Origin: Candidatus Altiarchaeota archaeon
Lineage (GTDB): Archaea; Altiarchaeota; Altiarchaeia; IMC4; QMZM01
Direction: 5' to 3'
Assembly: GCA_038891095.1 (NCBI GenBank)
Contig: JAWAEV010000002.1
Location: forward strand, 32,001 to 96,000
Length of the DNA stretch: 64,000 nt
A program made the position numbers and the translations under genes. Positions within the stretch are counted from its first letter, which is position 1. Each line of letters opens with the position of its first letter. The notes under the pieces were generated by a model. It was not told where the DNA came from. It did not search any database and was given only the letters and a program-made list of their open reading frames with translations. This document shows positions 1 through 9,755 of the stretch, one piece after another.

Positions 1-2360
1 GCCATGCCACGATAGCCCTCAGCAGCATGATAATAATTCTGATTTTTAAGCTGAGTTTCTGTATACTCTCTATAAGAATTTATAGTAAATTTATAATCTT
101 TGAAGTCCATACTTGGCTTTTCAACAACTTTTACATTCACATTATTTGAAGCTTTTACATATTTATTTCCTGAAGAATCTCTATAATAAAGTTCAAGTGG
201 CCTTATTCTATAATCACCAACTTTCAATGGAAGTATCTCTATAGAGTTTTTAACTTCTTCATTAACATCGAGTTTGTCAATAGGTGTTGGGAGAACAACA
301 ACTTTAAGTTCGTTTGGTATGTGAGAGAGAAATTTCAGATCATATACTGGTTTACCGCTTTGGTTTTTTATAACAGCATTTATTACAACTGGCGTGTTAA
401 TAAAAGTGTAAGAGCTTTTGTCCATCAAAAGAGAGACTTCTGGTTTTGTGATAATATCTTGTAAAAGTTTCTCGCTTTCATTTTTCTGTTTTTCAATGAA
501 GGAAAGGTATTCCTTAGAGAAATTTTCCTTATCTAATGAATTAAAAATTTCCCCTGCCTCTCTGAGAAGGGATATTGCGTTTTCATAGTCTCCCTGTCTT
601 ATAAACAATTCAGCATTTACTCTAGCTAAGAGAGCTCTTGAGATTTTCTCTTCATCCAAAAGTTTGTTCTTCTCATAGTAATCTAAAGCTTTTTCAAAAT
701 ATTTTTTTGCGCTTGCTGTTTCATTCATAAGCAAATAAGATTCAGCAATATTCCTTAAAGTGTTACCGTCATTTTCTTCATCTTGTTTTTTAAATTCAGC
801 ATATTTTGAGTGCTCAAGGTGTTTCAAGTAAGCATGAATTGCTCTTGCGTAGTATGCTTTTGAGTTTGTGTTGTCATTCAGTTTATCATAACAGTTAGCA
901 ATACTCTTATAAGCACTTCCTGCTTTAAAAAATCTACTTTCAGATTCAGCAGATATTGCATATTTTGAATAAACTCTTATTGCATTTTTATAATCCTCTG
1001 CTCGTTGATATGCTAAACCTGCCTTTTCAAAATTTCCAGATTTCTCATGGAAATTAGCACTCTCAAAATATGCTTTTATACCCTTATCATATCTCTCTAT
1101 TTTAAATTCAAGTTCTGCTATCTTTTCAAAAATCTCTGCAGCTTTTTCATACTTAGATAGTTTTTCATAACAATCAGAAGCTTTTTCATAATTCTTTATA
1201 GCTTTTTCAATTTCATTTTTCTTTATATACTCCTCTGCATTTTTTATGTAAAACTCAGAAGCTTTTTCATATCCCTTCAAACTTTCTTTATCTTTTTCTG
1301 CGACTCCAAATTCTGCGTACTGGAAATAGAAATTTGCAGCGTTTTCTATGTCACCTAAAATTTCATAGCATCTTGCAATGTCTCTATAGAACATTGCTGT
1401 CTCTAAATTCTCCTTTAAATTTAGACTTATCTGAGCTGCTTTTTGATAGTTTTCTATACTTTGCGGATATGATCTTAAAGCTTCGTAACATCTACCGATA
1501 CCATAATAACACAATTTTTTTATTTTATCATCTCCAAGCTCTAAAGCTTTTGTGTAGTAGTGAATTGCATTTTTATAATCCTGTAGATTTTCATATGCTT
1601 GACCTACCTTACAATAAAGTTCAGATACCTTTTGGTATTGTTCAAGCTCAGATGCTATTTCTGAAGCGTGGAGATAAAATTTTATCTCAGTTGAATAATC
1701 TTGCAACTTCTGATATGCATTACCAGCATTCTCATAATTGTTAATTGCTTCCCTAAGATTTTTTATCTTTTTGTTTATTTCAGCTGCTATTTCATAAACC
1801 TTTGCTGCTTTCTCAAATATATTACCTTTTTCAAAAAGCTCTGCAGCTTTCACATAAGCTGAAGACGCCATCAAAAGACTTCTATTTTTATAGTACATCT
1901 GTGCAATTTTTACATAGCTTAATGCCGCTTTATCATACTTCTCAATGTTTTGATATGATTTTGATGCCTCTTCATAATATATATGAGCTGTTTTATAGTC
2001 TTTTTTTTCTATTGACATAATTGCTGCCTTTTCATAATATTCTGCTGATTTTTCAATATCAATAATTCTATCTTCAGGACGAAGATGTTTTGTATTTCTA
2101 TAACATTCTGCAATTGTTACATAGTAAGGAATAAGCTCGAAATATGCTTTTATACCATACTCCGGCCTTTCTTTAATGACCCTTAGTTTTATTTCTAAGA
2201 ATTTCAAATAGAAGTTAATAGCTTCTTTATAATTTTTTTTCAACTCAGCATCTTTTGCTTTCTTAAGTAGCCTACTCATTGAAAAGTCCTCTGTTTTTTG
2301 CTGAATCCATTTTTTTAGTCCATCATCCTTTTTAAATCCATCCAAAAAATTTCCACACAT
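1..2360 (-). CDS. Large TPR/alpha-SNAP-like helical repeat protein with internal Ig-like (BatD/DUF11-like) domain; 3' end outside window
   Basis: Not in ORF track. ATG at 2360 (MCGNFLDGFKKDDGLKKWIQ) is in frame with the stretch at the window start (..NYYHAAEGYRGMA); segments read showed no stop. Many A..YEKA-type repeats; beta-rich segment PVVINAVIKNQSGKPVYDLKF..GDYRIGPLELYYRD at ~120-450. Confidence 0.8.
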   Translation of the reverse strand, partial: MCGNFLDGFKKDDGLKKWIQQKTEDFSMSRLLKKAKDAELKKNYKEAINFYLKFLEIKLRVIKERPEYGIKAYFELIPYYVTIAECYRNTKHLRPEDRIIDIEKSAEYYEKAAIMSIEKKDYKTAHIYYEEASKSYQNIEKYDKAALSYVKIAQMYYKNRSLLMASSAYVKAAELFEKGNIFEKAAKVYEIAAEINKKIKNLREAINNYENAGNAYQKLQDYSTEIKFYLHASEIASELEQYQKVSELYCKVGQAYENLQDYKNAIHYYTKALELGDDKIKKLCYYGIGRCYEALRSYPQSIENYQKAAQISLNLKENLETAMFYRDIARCYEILGDIENAANFYFQYAEFGVAEKDKESLKGYEKASEFYIKNAEEYIKKNEIEKAIKNYEKASDCYEKLSKYEKAAEIFEKIAELEFKIERYDKGIKAYFESANFHEKSGNFEKAGLAYQRAEDYKNAIRVYSKYAISAESESRFFKAGSAYKSIANCYDKLNDNTNSKAYYARAIHAYLKHLEHSKYAEFKKQDEENDGNTLRNIAESYLLMNETASAKKYFEKALDYYEKNKLLDEEKISRALLARVNAELFIRQGDYENAISLLREAGEIFNSLDKENFSKEYLSFIEKQKNESEKLLQDIITKPEVSLLMDKSSYTFINTPVVINAVIKNQSGKPVYDLKFLSHIPNELKVVVLPTPIDKLDVNEEVKNSIEILPLKVGDYRIRPLELYYRDSSGNKYVKASNNVNVKVVEKPSMDFKDYKFTINSYREYTETQLKNQNYYHAAEGYRGM

Positions 2361-2416
2361 TTTATCTAATTGTTTATTAATAACTTTTATGGCTAAGATA
2401 TATATAGTTTTAGAAA

Positions 2417-4126
2417 ATGTACAATTACATAAGGAATGAAATAAAAAGATCAATTGAAAATTTTATAGGTGAAAAAATTCAAGTTGATGAGATTCAAGAA
2501 TCTAAGATAGCTGACTTCTCATTTAAAACTTTTAAAATTGCAGAGAAATTAGGTAAGAAACAAGATGTTCTCGCAAATGAAATTTCCCTTGGAGTAAAAA
2601 GCTTGAAATTTATTGAAAGAGTTTCATCAGAAGGTGCATATGTAAATTTCTTTCTAAATTATCCAAAGACACTTAAGGAATTTCTAAAAAATATCAGAAA
2701 GGATAAAAATTATGGGAAAGGTAAAGTAAAAAAGAGGAAGATAATTTTAGAGCATACTTCAATAAATCCTTCTGGACCAATACATGTTGGCAGACTTAGA
2801 AATTCTCTCATTGGCGATGCACTTAAAAGAATATTAAATTTTTATGGATATGAAGTTGAGACCCATTACTATGTTAATGACATAGGAAAACAAATTGCGA
2901 TAATTGCTCAGGGCTTTGCTGATGACATAAAGTATGATAATGAAATATCAAAAAAATATAAATGCTATGAAAATAAGGAAGACTTTCAGATTTTCTTTGA
3001 ATATGTTGTTGCTAATAAAAAATTCCAAGAAGATCTGAAATTTCAGCAAAAAGTTCAGGATCTTATAAAAAGTGCTGAGTCTGGTAATAGAGAAGCATTA
3101 GAAAAAATAAAAGAAGTTGCAAAAAAATGCCTCGTTGGTCAGAAAAAAACCTTAGATAAGTTGAATATAAAATTTGATTCATTTGATTTTGAATCAAAGT
3201 TTATTGAAAATGGAAGTGTTGAGAAAATTTTAAAGAAATTAAAAGATAATGAGTTTGCAGTTGAGAACGAACTAGGCTTTGGGTTAAATCTTGAGAAATT
3301 TGGATTGAAGCGCAGAGATGCAATTACAGTTCTCGCAAGAAAAGATGGTACCTCAGTTTATTTAACAAGAGACCTTTGTTATCATCTTGAAAAAGCAAGA
3401 CTTGGAGATGAAATGCTGAACATACTTGGCGAAGATCATAAATTTGAATTTTTAGAATTGAAATGCATACTTGAGAATTTTCTAAAATTAAGAAAACCTT
3501 TGAGAGTGGTACATTTTTCATTTGTAAATTTTGAAGGCGAGGAGTTATCAACGAGAAAAGGTTTGATTTTAGCTGTTGATAAACTAATTGATGAAGCAAT
3601 TGAAAAAGCAAAAAATGAAATTAAAAAACGTGGCATTGCATCAGAGGAAATTGCACCAATTATAGGAATTGGTGCTATAAAATATCATATACTGAAAACC
3701 TCTCCTCAAAAACAGATAACATTTCGCTGGGAAGATGCATTAAATTTTGATGGTGAAACTGGACCCTACATACAGTATGCTCATGCTCGTTGTTGTAGTT
3801 TATTGAAAAAATTTTCTGCTGATATAGGGAAGATTAAAATTGATAGTATCTGCACAGAACTTTCTGATGAAGAAAAATCCTTACTGAAAAAATTGATTAA
3901 ATTTCCATATATAGTTGAAAATTCTGTAAATGAATTAAAGCCGAATATCTTAGCAAGTTATCTTTATGAGCTTTCATCAGAGTTTAGCAGGTTTTACAAG
4001 AAATGTCAAGTTTTAGGTGTTGAAAAGGGAATTTCAGAAAGAAGAATTTTGCTCGTGGATGCTACAAGAATTGTAATAAAAAAAGGTTTAGAGCTATTAG
4101 GAATTGATGCCCCAGAAAGAATGTAA
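2417..4126 (+). CDS. argS: Arginine--tRNA ligase
   Basis: EHTSINPSGPIHVGRLRN (HIGH motif), LSTRKG, GETGPYIQYAHAR, C-terminal APERM. Confidence 0.97.
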   Translation: MYNYIRNEIKRSIENFIGEKIQVDEIQESKIADFSFKTFKIAEKLGKKQDVLANEISLGVKSLKFIERVSSEGAYVNFFLNYPKTLKEFLKNIRKDKNYGKGKVKKRKIILEHTSINPSGPIHVGRLRNSLIGDALKRILNFYGYEVETHYYVNDIGKQIAIIAQGFADDIKYDNEISKKYKCYENKEDFQIFFEYVVANKKFQEDLKFQQKVQDLIKSAESGNREALEKIKEVAKKCLVGQKKTLDKLNIKFDSFDFESKFIENGSVEKILKKLKDNEFAVENELGFGLNLEKFGLKRRDAITVLARKDGTSVYLTRDLCYHLEKARLGDEMLNILGEDHKFEFLELKCILENFLKLRKPLRVVHFSFVNFEGEELSTRKGLILAVDKLIDEAIEKAKNEIKKRGIASEEIAPIIGIGAIKYHILKTSPQKQITFRWEDALNFDGETGPYIQYAHARCCSLLKKFSADIGKIKIDSICTELSDEEKSLLKKLIKFPYIVENSVNELKPNILASYLYELSSEFSRFYKKCQVLGVEKGISERRILLVDATRIVIKKGLELLGIDAPERM

Positions 4127-4128
4127 AA

Positions 4129-4335
4129 ATGAAAAAACTTAAATGTCCAAAGTGTGGTAGTGAAAATATTGTTGAGGCAGGAATTTTACCTTTAGGTTAT
4201 GGTTCATTAGATCAGAGATATACATGCAGAGATTGCCACTATACTGGACCATTTATTTTTGATGAGGAAAAAACTAAAGAAAAGGGTATTATTGCAGATC
4301 TAAAAGAAATTAAGAGGAAATTAAAAGATAAATAG
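4129..4335 (+). CDS. Small Zn-ribbon protein
   Basis: CPKCGS...YTCRDCHYTGP; 2 nt after argS stop. Confidence 0.75.
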   Translation: MKKLKCPKCGSENIVEAGILPLGYGSLDQRYTCRDCHYTGPFIFDEEKTKEKGIIADLKEIKRKLKDK

Positions 4336-4353
4336 TTAACAGATAACTAACAG

Positions 4354-4725
4354 CTAAACTATAATTTCTTCAAAAACTTTATATTCATCATTTATTGAAA
4401 TTGTAAAATTTTTCTTTTTTAGTAAATCCTGAATTTTATAAAATCTTGGTTCCTTTCTGTTAAATTTCACTGCTATATAAATGTCAAATTCCGATATAGG
4501 TAAAATTTTCTTAAGTTCAAGAATCGTCTCCTTTAAGCTAATACCTCTCTTTTTTGTTGTTTTGCATTCAATCATCAAAACTTTCCTACCTTTAATAGCT
4601 ATAATATCAGGAATTATAAATTTCATTATACCTGAGCCAGCTGATCTAAAAGAAATCCATCCATTTTCATGGAATTTATTTACGAGAAAACGCTCAAAAC
4701 GAGCACCTTTTTCATAGAGTGTCAT
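4354..4725 (-). CDS. hjc: Holliday junction resolvase Hjc
   Basis: KGARFER, RSAGSG, PDIIA, IECKT. Confidence 0.92.
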   Translation of the reverse strand: MTLYEKGARFERFLVNKFHENGWISFRSAGSGIMKFIIPDIIAIKGRKVLMIECKTTKKRGISLKETILELKKILPISEFDIYIAVKFNRKEPRFYKIQDLLKKKNFTISINDEYKVFEEIIV

Positions 4726-4821
4726 TGTTGATATGGCTTTAAATTAAAAAGATTTTTATTTTTTAAATTTTAAGAAATTAATCTTTAAACCTCTCATTAA
4801 CCCTGCTATTGAAACTTTAGT

Positions 4822-5598
4822 TTAAATCCAAACTATCAACTTTACATTCGTTAAATTTCGTTGCTGTAATGTCTCAACTGGGTAAACATTAAAAAACATT
4901 GTTTCCTCTGAGAAGTCTATGTCTACATCGCCATCACTATCAATATCCAACTTTTTGAGCAATCTATAAATTGCATCATCTGCTGAGTCATTTGTTACTA
5001 TGCCTGAGGTAGTGTAGACATATGAATTATCACCAGAGCAATTTATTGGAATACAAACTTTTGAAGTTCCTGTGTTGTGAGAAAATGTCCAATTAGATCC
5101 TAAAAAAATTTTAAAAGAATCTCCATATGAAACACTACTGATAGTATATGTTAAATTTCTATTGCTGTCATTATAGATGAGAGATGCTCTTGCGATAAAA
5201 ACTCTCTCTGGAAGGGAAAAAAATCTTGAAGCCTTTTCTTTATATCTTGCTAATGTGTCATTTTCAGTTAAAATTTTTTCAAAAAGAGTCTCATCATTTA
5301 TCTTAAAACGATAATTAATTCTCTCAAGGATTTTGTCAAGTATGCCACTTGCTTTCTCTTTTGCAGTAATTTTATCACCATTATAATACTCAAAAAGAAT
5401 TTCATCAATTATATGACTTTTACTCATAATATCCATTGCATTCTCAGCATTATAATGTAAACTAATAAAAAAATTTCTCTCGTTAGTCTTTAAATATCCT
5501 AATGAAATTAGAGAAGAAATTACCACAATAATTAAAACAAGTGCTATTAGTGCATCCCAAGTCATTACATAACCCTTGCTCTTAATGATTTTTAGCAT
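4822..5598 (-). CDS. Secreted protein with class III (type IV pilin-like) signal peptide
   Basis: KSKG|YVMTWDALIALVLIIVVI N-terminus; many N-x-S/T sequons. Confidence 0.6.
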   Translation of the reverse strand: MLKIIKSKGYVMTWDALIALVLIIVVISSLISLGYLKTNERNFFISLHYNAENAMDIMSKSHIIDEILFEYYNGDKITAKEKASGILDKILERINYRFKINDETLFEKILTENDTLARYKEKASRFFSLPERVFIARASLIYNDSNRNLTYTISSVSYGDSFKIFLGSNWTFSHNTGTSKVCIPINCSGDNSYVYTTSGIVTNDSADDAIYRLLKKLDIDSDGDVDIDFSEETMFFNVYPVETLQQRNLTNVKLIVWI

Positions 5599-6125
5599 AT
5601 TCCTTCTTCTATTAGAACAACACCATTTGATTCAAAAATAGCATTTAGTGTTGCAGTAATCGCAGCAGTTATATATTTTTCTTCTGTTGTTTTTCTAAGA
5701 ATATCAACAATGAATAATGCATCTGTAACAGATGACTCTAAAAGAACTTCTTTAACTTTATCTTTTATCTTTTCTATAATTTCGCTTTTTATTTTCACTT
5801 CTGAAATCACAGCAAGAGGTTTTATACCGTCCCCAAGTTCTGAAGGTATCAAAGAAACCCTCAAAATATTTTCGACATCAGTTCCTTTTCCCGAATTATC
5901 AAGTGTTGCACCAATTTTTTTGAATTCAAGAATGTTTATATTTACAACACCCAACTTTTGTAGAGCTTCTTTTACTTCATGGAAATTTTCACTTTTTAAT
6001 TTTAGTGTGAACTCTCTACCTATAAGAGACATCTCAATAATTTTATCCTGTGGCAAATTTTGTGTTAATTTCTCTAAATCTCCATGATATGAACCAGAGA
6101 GAGCAATTGTGTGCATTGGTTTCAT
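5592..6125 (-). CDS. Hypothetical protein resembling EF-G/TetM domains III+IV without GTPase domain
   Basis: 177-aa ORF with normal composition; similarity judged by eye (see findings). Confidence 0.55.
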   Translation of the reverse strand: MKPMHTIALSGSYHGDLEKLTQNLPQDKIIEMSLIGREFTLKLKSENFHEVKEALQKLGVVNINILEFKKIGATLDNSGKGTDVENILRVSLIPSELGDGIKPLAVISEVKIKSEIIEKIKDKVKEVLLESSVTDALFIVDILRKTTEEKYITAAITATLNAIFESNGVVLIEEGIC

Positions 6126-6191
6126 TTTTAATTATTAACAATATATTATTAGAAGAGATTAAATTAAAATTGTATATCATATAAATTCAAA

Positions 6192-6719
6192 ATGATAAAG
6201 AGATTGATTGAAGCTGCGCTGTTTATGAGTAACTCACCACTAAGCATTGAGGAACTTGCAAGAATCTGTTCAACGGGAGATTTTGGACTTATCAGAAGAG
6301 CTATTGAAGAACTTCAAATGGAGTATTCTGAAAGAAATTCTGCTTTAGAAATTTTAAAAATAGGAAATGGCTATAAAATGAAAGTTGTCTCAGAGTTAGA
6401 GCAGAATGTCGCAAATTTAGCATCTCTGCCTGAGATATCACCATCAATTTTAAAAACCTTGGCTTTAATAGCTTACTCTCAGCCAATAACTCAGTCAAGA
6501 ATTGCAAAGCAGAGGGGCAGTAAAGTTTATAAGCATATAAAAACCCTTCTAAAGGAGGAATTTATATCTGCAGAAAAATACAAAAGAAGCAAACTTTTGA
6601 GAACAACACAAAAATTTAAAGAATACTTCCAAATTGAGGATCTAAGTGAACTGAAAAAAATTGAGGCAAAATTGGATAAATTTAATGGCAAAGTAAAAAA
6701 GCAAAATAATATTTTATGA
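6192..6719 (+). CDS. scpB: SMC-Scp complex subunit ScpB
   Basis: IEAALF, LKTLALIAYSQPITQSRI..RG, TTQKFKEYF. Confidence 0.93.
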   Translation: MIKRLIEAALFMSNSPLSIEELARICSTGDFGLIRRAIEELQMEYSERNSALEILKIGNGYKMKVVSELEQNVANLASLPEISPSILKTLALIAYSQPITQSRIAKQRGSKVYKHIKTLLKEEFISAEKYKRSKLLRTTQKFKEYFQIEDLSELKKIEAKLDKFNGKVKKQNNIL

Positions 6720-7447
6720 GAATTTATGTTGGTTGTTGTGGGTTCCCTATTGCTATGAATGAATACTTTAGAAGGTTTAATTTAGTTGAATTGCAGTCAA
6801 CCTTCTATAAATTACCATCAGAGAGAACAGCAGAAAAATGGCGTTCTAATGCTCCAAAAAATTTTAAATTTACCCTAAAGGCATTTCAGGGAATTTCTCA
6901 CCCAATAGAGAGCCCAACATGGAGAAAATTTTCTAAGGTAAAAATTGAAAGTTTAAAAGGTAGAGTTGGATTTTTAAAGCCAACTCCTGAAGTTTTTGAA
7001 TTTTTTGAAAGAACTATCAAAATTTGTAAAGTGCTAAAAGCAGAAATTTGTCTAATACAGTTACCAGCGAGCTTTACTGATACCAAAGAAAATTTTGAAA
7101 ATGCTGAAAAGTTTTTTTCAGAGATTAAGAAAAATAAAGTGAAAATTGCTTTAGAGCTTCGTGGATGGTCTCAACAAAATTCAAAGCTAATATGTAAAAA
7201 ATTTAATCTGATTGAAGTCACTGATCCTTTTATAAGAATGCCATCATATATCAAAGAGATTGTATACTTTAGATTACATGGAAGTTATGAAAAAAGGAAG
7301 ATTAATTATAACTACAAATACAGTAGTGGAGAACTTAAAGAGTTATTAAAAAAGATAGAAAGCTTAACTAATGTAAAAGAGGTTTATTGTCTTTTCAACA
7401 ATCTTTTTATGAAAGAGAACGCAATTGAATTTAGAAAATTGATTTAA
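6716..7447 (+). CDS. DUF72 family protein
   Basis: VGCCGF, VELQSTFYKLP, QLPASF, YFRLHG, LFNN. Confidence 0.92.
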   Translation: MRIYVGCCGFPIAMNEYFRRFNLVELQSTFYKLPSERTAEKWRSNAPKNFKFTLKAFQGISHPIESPTWRKFSKVKIESLKGRVGFLKPTPEVFEFFERTIKICKVLKAEICLIQLPASFTDTKENFENAEKFFSEIKKNKVKIALELRGWSQQNSKLICKKFNLIEVTDPFIRMPSYIKEIVYFRLHGSYEKRKINYNYKYSSGELKELLKKIESLTNVKEVYCLFNNLFMKENAIEFRKLI

Positions 7448-7497
7448 AAATGTTCAGTCTTTATTATTAATAAACATCTATCTATGGAGGTAAAAAA

Positions 7498-8052
7498 ATG
7501 ATTTTATGGATTCTTGGTTTTTTGGTTTTAGTAGTACTGATTTTTGTGTATTATTACAACAAGATTGTTGTTTTGGGCAATAGAATAGATAATGCATGGG
7601 CTCAAATTGATGTCCAACTAAAGAAAAGAGCAGATTTAGTACCAAATTTAATTGAGACCGTGCAAGCTTATATGAAGCATGAGCAGAAGGCTATAAAAAT
7701 GGTAACTGAAGCTAGAGAGAAAATGCTATCAGCAAAAACTGTTGAAGAAAAAGCAAAAGCAGGCAATGTTCTCGAAGGTGCACTAAAGACAGTTTTCGCT
7801 TTAGCTGAGAATTATCCTCAGTTAAGAGCAAGTGAAAATTTTGCAAAATTACAAGAGGAACTTTCCGATATAGAAGATAAGATTGCTTACACGAGGCAAT
7901 TTTATAATGATTCAGTTTTAGTATACAATAACACAATAACAACAATCCCAGGCATGTGGTTTGCTGCAATAATGGGTAGAACTCAACAAAAACCATACTT
8001 AGAAATTCCTGAAAAGGCAAGAGAAGTTCCAAAAGTAAAATTTGATGTATGA
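7498..8052 (+). CDS. lemA: LemA family protein
   Basis: NAWAQIDVQLKKRADLVPNL, AENYPQLRASENF; upstream GGAGGT SD. Confidence 0.95.
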   Translation: MILWILGFLVLVVLIFVYYYNKIVVLGNRIDNAWAQIDVQLKKRADLVPNLIETVQAYMKHEQKAIKMVTEAREKMLSAKTVEEKAKAGNVLEGALKTVFALAENYPQLRASENFAKLQEELSDIEDKIAYTRQFYNDSVLVYNNTITTIPGMWFAAIMGRTQQKPYLEIPEKAREVPKVKFDV

Positions 8053-8963
8053 AAATGCAAATGGCTGAGAGAAAATTTATTTCATTTCATGACCAAATTG
8101 CAAGAAATAAAAGGAATTCCTACTTGCTTTTTATCTTTATTTTTTTTGTTTTTATTGCATTAGGTTGGGTTATAGCTAAAATTTACGATCCTGGATTAAC
8201 ATTCATAATCCTAATTTTTTCAATAATTTTCTCTTTAGCATACACATGGTTCACATATGAAAATTCAGCACAAATAGTTTTAAGATCAGTGAATGCCTAT
8301 CCTGCAGAAGGTGAAAAATTTAGACATTTGAGAAACATGGTTGAAGGTTTAGCATTAGCTTCTGGTTTACCTATGCCAAAGGTTTATGTAATGCCATCAA
8401 AAGAAATAAATGCTTTTGCAACTGGTAAAGATCCAAAGCATAGTGTTGTCTGCATTACTGAAGGTGCACTTGAAAATCTTTCAGATTCTGAGCTTGAGGG
8501 CGTTTTAGGTCATGAGATGACCCATATTGCAAATTATGACATTAGATTTGTGACATTGGTTTCGGTTATGGTAGGTATAGTTGCAATTGCAAGTGAACTT
8601 TTCTTGAGAAGTATGTTTTATAATAGGGAAAGAAAAGGTGGCAGAAGTACTGTATATCTGGTAATTTTAGGAATAATTTTGGCAATTATTGCTCCTATAA
8701 TAGTAAAGTTAGTCCAATTTGCAATTTCAAGAAAAAGAGAGTATGCAGCAGATGCAGGAGCTGTGCAGTTAACAAGAAACCCAAAAGGTTTAATAAATGC
8801 TCTTAAAAAAATTGATCTCTTCTACTCTCAGTACAGAAAAACAATTGCAAATCAAGCTGTTGCGCCAATGTTCTTAGCTGATCCTATAGGCAGAAGAATT
8901 ATAAATTTGTTTAATACGCATCCGCCAATTGAAGAAAGAATAAAAATTTTAGAATCAATGTAA
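8049..8963 (+). CDS. htpX: HtpX-like M48 Zn metalloprotease
   Basis: NAFATG, HEMTH, SRKREYAADA, THPPIEERI; usual lemA-htpX pair. Confidence 0.93.
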   Translation: MKMQMAERKFISFHDQIARNKRNSYLLFIFIFFVFIALGWVIAKIYDPGLTFIILIFSIIFSLAYTWFTYENSAQIVLRSVNAYPAEGEKFRHLRNMVEGLALASGLPMPKVYVMPSKEINAFATGKDPKHSVVCITEGALENLSDSELEGVLGHEMTHIANYDIRFVTLVSVMVGIVAIASELFLRSMFYNRERKGGRSTVYLVILGIILAIIAPIIVKLVQFAISRKREYAADAGAVQLTRNPKGLINALKKIDLFYSQYRKTIANQAVAPMFLADPIGRRIINLFNTHPPIEERIKILESM

Positions 8964-8977
8964 CTATTTTCTTAAGA

Positions 8978-9499
8978 ATGAAAAAAATTTCTTCTGGGGT
9001 TCTAATTGGCACAAAGATTCTTGTTGTTGAGCCAACACTGAAGTCTTTCTTAAAGGAGAAAGGTTTTGGTGAAGAAAATGGCTCAAGAATTGAACTCTCA
9101 TTAATTGAAGCCCTTTTTTTAATTGATACGAATGTCATGGAAGTCGTAAAAGATGGAAAAAAAATTAGCTTTGAAGAGCTTGCTCAAATTGGAGGAAGAA
9201 TAGAAAAGAACTTCTATGAAAAATATCTTGTATTTAAAGATCTTCGCTCAAGGGGACTAATTGTTAGAACTGGTTTTAAATTTGGCGCAGATTTTAGAGT
9301 TTATGAAAGAGGTAAAACAATAAAGGATTCACATTCAAAAATTTTAGTTCATGTTGTCCCTGAAGAATACAAATGCTCATTTCCAGAACTTTCAAGAGCG
9401 GTAAGAGTTGCAAATACAGTAAATAAGAGGATGGTTTTTGCAATTGTTGATGAGGAAGGTAGTATAACTTACTATGCTATCGATAGAATAAGTATTTGA
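8978..9499 (+). CDS. endA: tRNA splicing endonuclease (short, alpha4 homotetramer type)
   Basis: GFKFGADFRVY, HS, RVANTVNK (catalytic Y/H/K); next to an intron-containing tRNA. Confidence 0.93.
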   Translation: MKKISSGVLIGTKILVVEPTLKSFLKEKGFGEENGSRIELSLIEALFLIDTNVMEVVKDGKKISFEELAQIGGRIEKNFYEKYLVFKDLRSRGLIVRTGFKFGADFRVYERGKTIKDSHSKILVHVVPEEYKCSFPELSRAVRVANTVNKRMVFAIVDEEGSITYYAIDRISI

Positions 9500-9530
9500 A
9501 TTTAAACTTAGATTTTCTATAAAATATAGA

Positions 9531-9739
9531 GGGGCTGTGGGGTAACTTGGCATCCTAACAGGCTCCAGAGAGCTCCTTTCTTTTTTAGAAAAAAGAAAGG
9601 TGCTTCACATCCAAAGAAAAAATTTGGAAAGCTTTGGAGTGCTGAGTCATGCATCATGACAATGAAGAGAGGAGGGTCAACAGATTGGTGAAGAGCATGG
9701 AGTGACCTGTCGATGGGGGTTCAAATCCCCCCGGCCCCA
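9531..9739 (+). tRNA. trnW: tRNA-Trp(CCA) with 136-nt intron (9569-9704) at 37/38
   Basis: Acceptor GGGGCTG/CGGCCCC; anticodon stem ACAGG/CCTGT; CCA at 9565-9567; T-loop TTCAAAT; BHB with CTCC/GGAG helix and AG|A, TG|A bulges. Confidence 0.95.
9569..9704 (+). ncRNA. tRNA-Trp intron-encoded box C/D guide RNA (Cm34 guide)
   Basis: Guide CTTTGGAGTG before D' CTGA pairs with GCTCCAGAG; +5 rule gives C34; C' ATGAAGA; terminal C/D degenerate. Confidence 0.8.
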
Positions 9740-9755
9740 AATCTCTTTTAGTAAA

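Noticed and set aside
1334-2020. ORF-track + strand ORFs 1334-1744 and 1802-2020
   Set aside because: Antisense shadows of the long minus-strand TPR CDS
5592-6125. CitD/MdcC acyl-carrier interpretation (citG is in the window)
   Set aside because: Lacks the GTLES serine attachment motif; the EF-G III-IV pattern explains both halves
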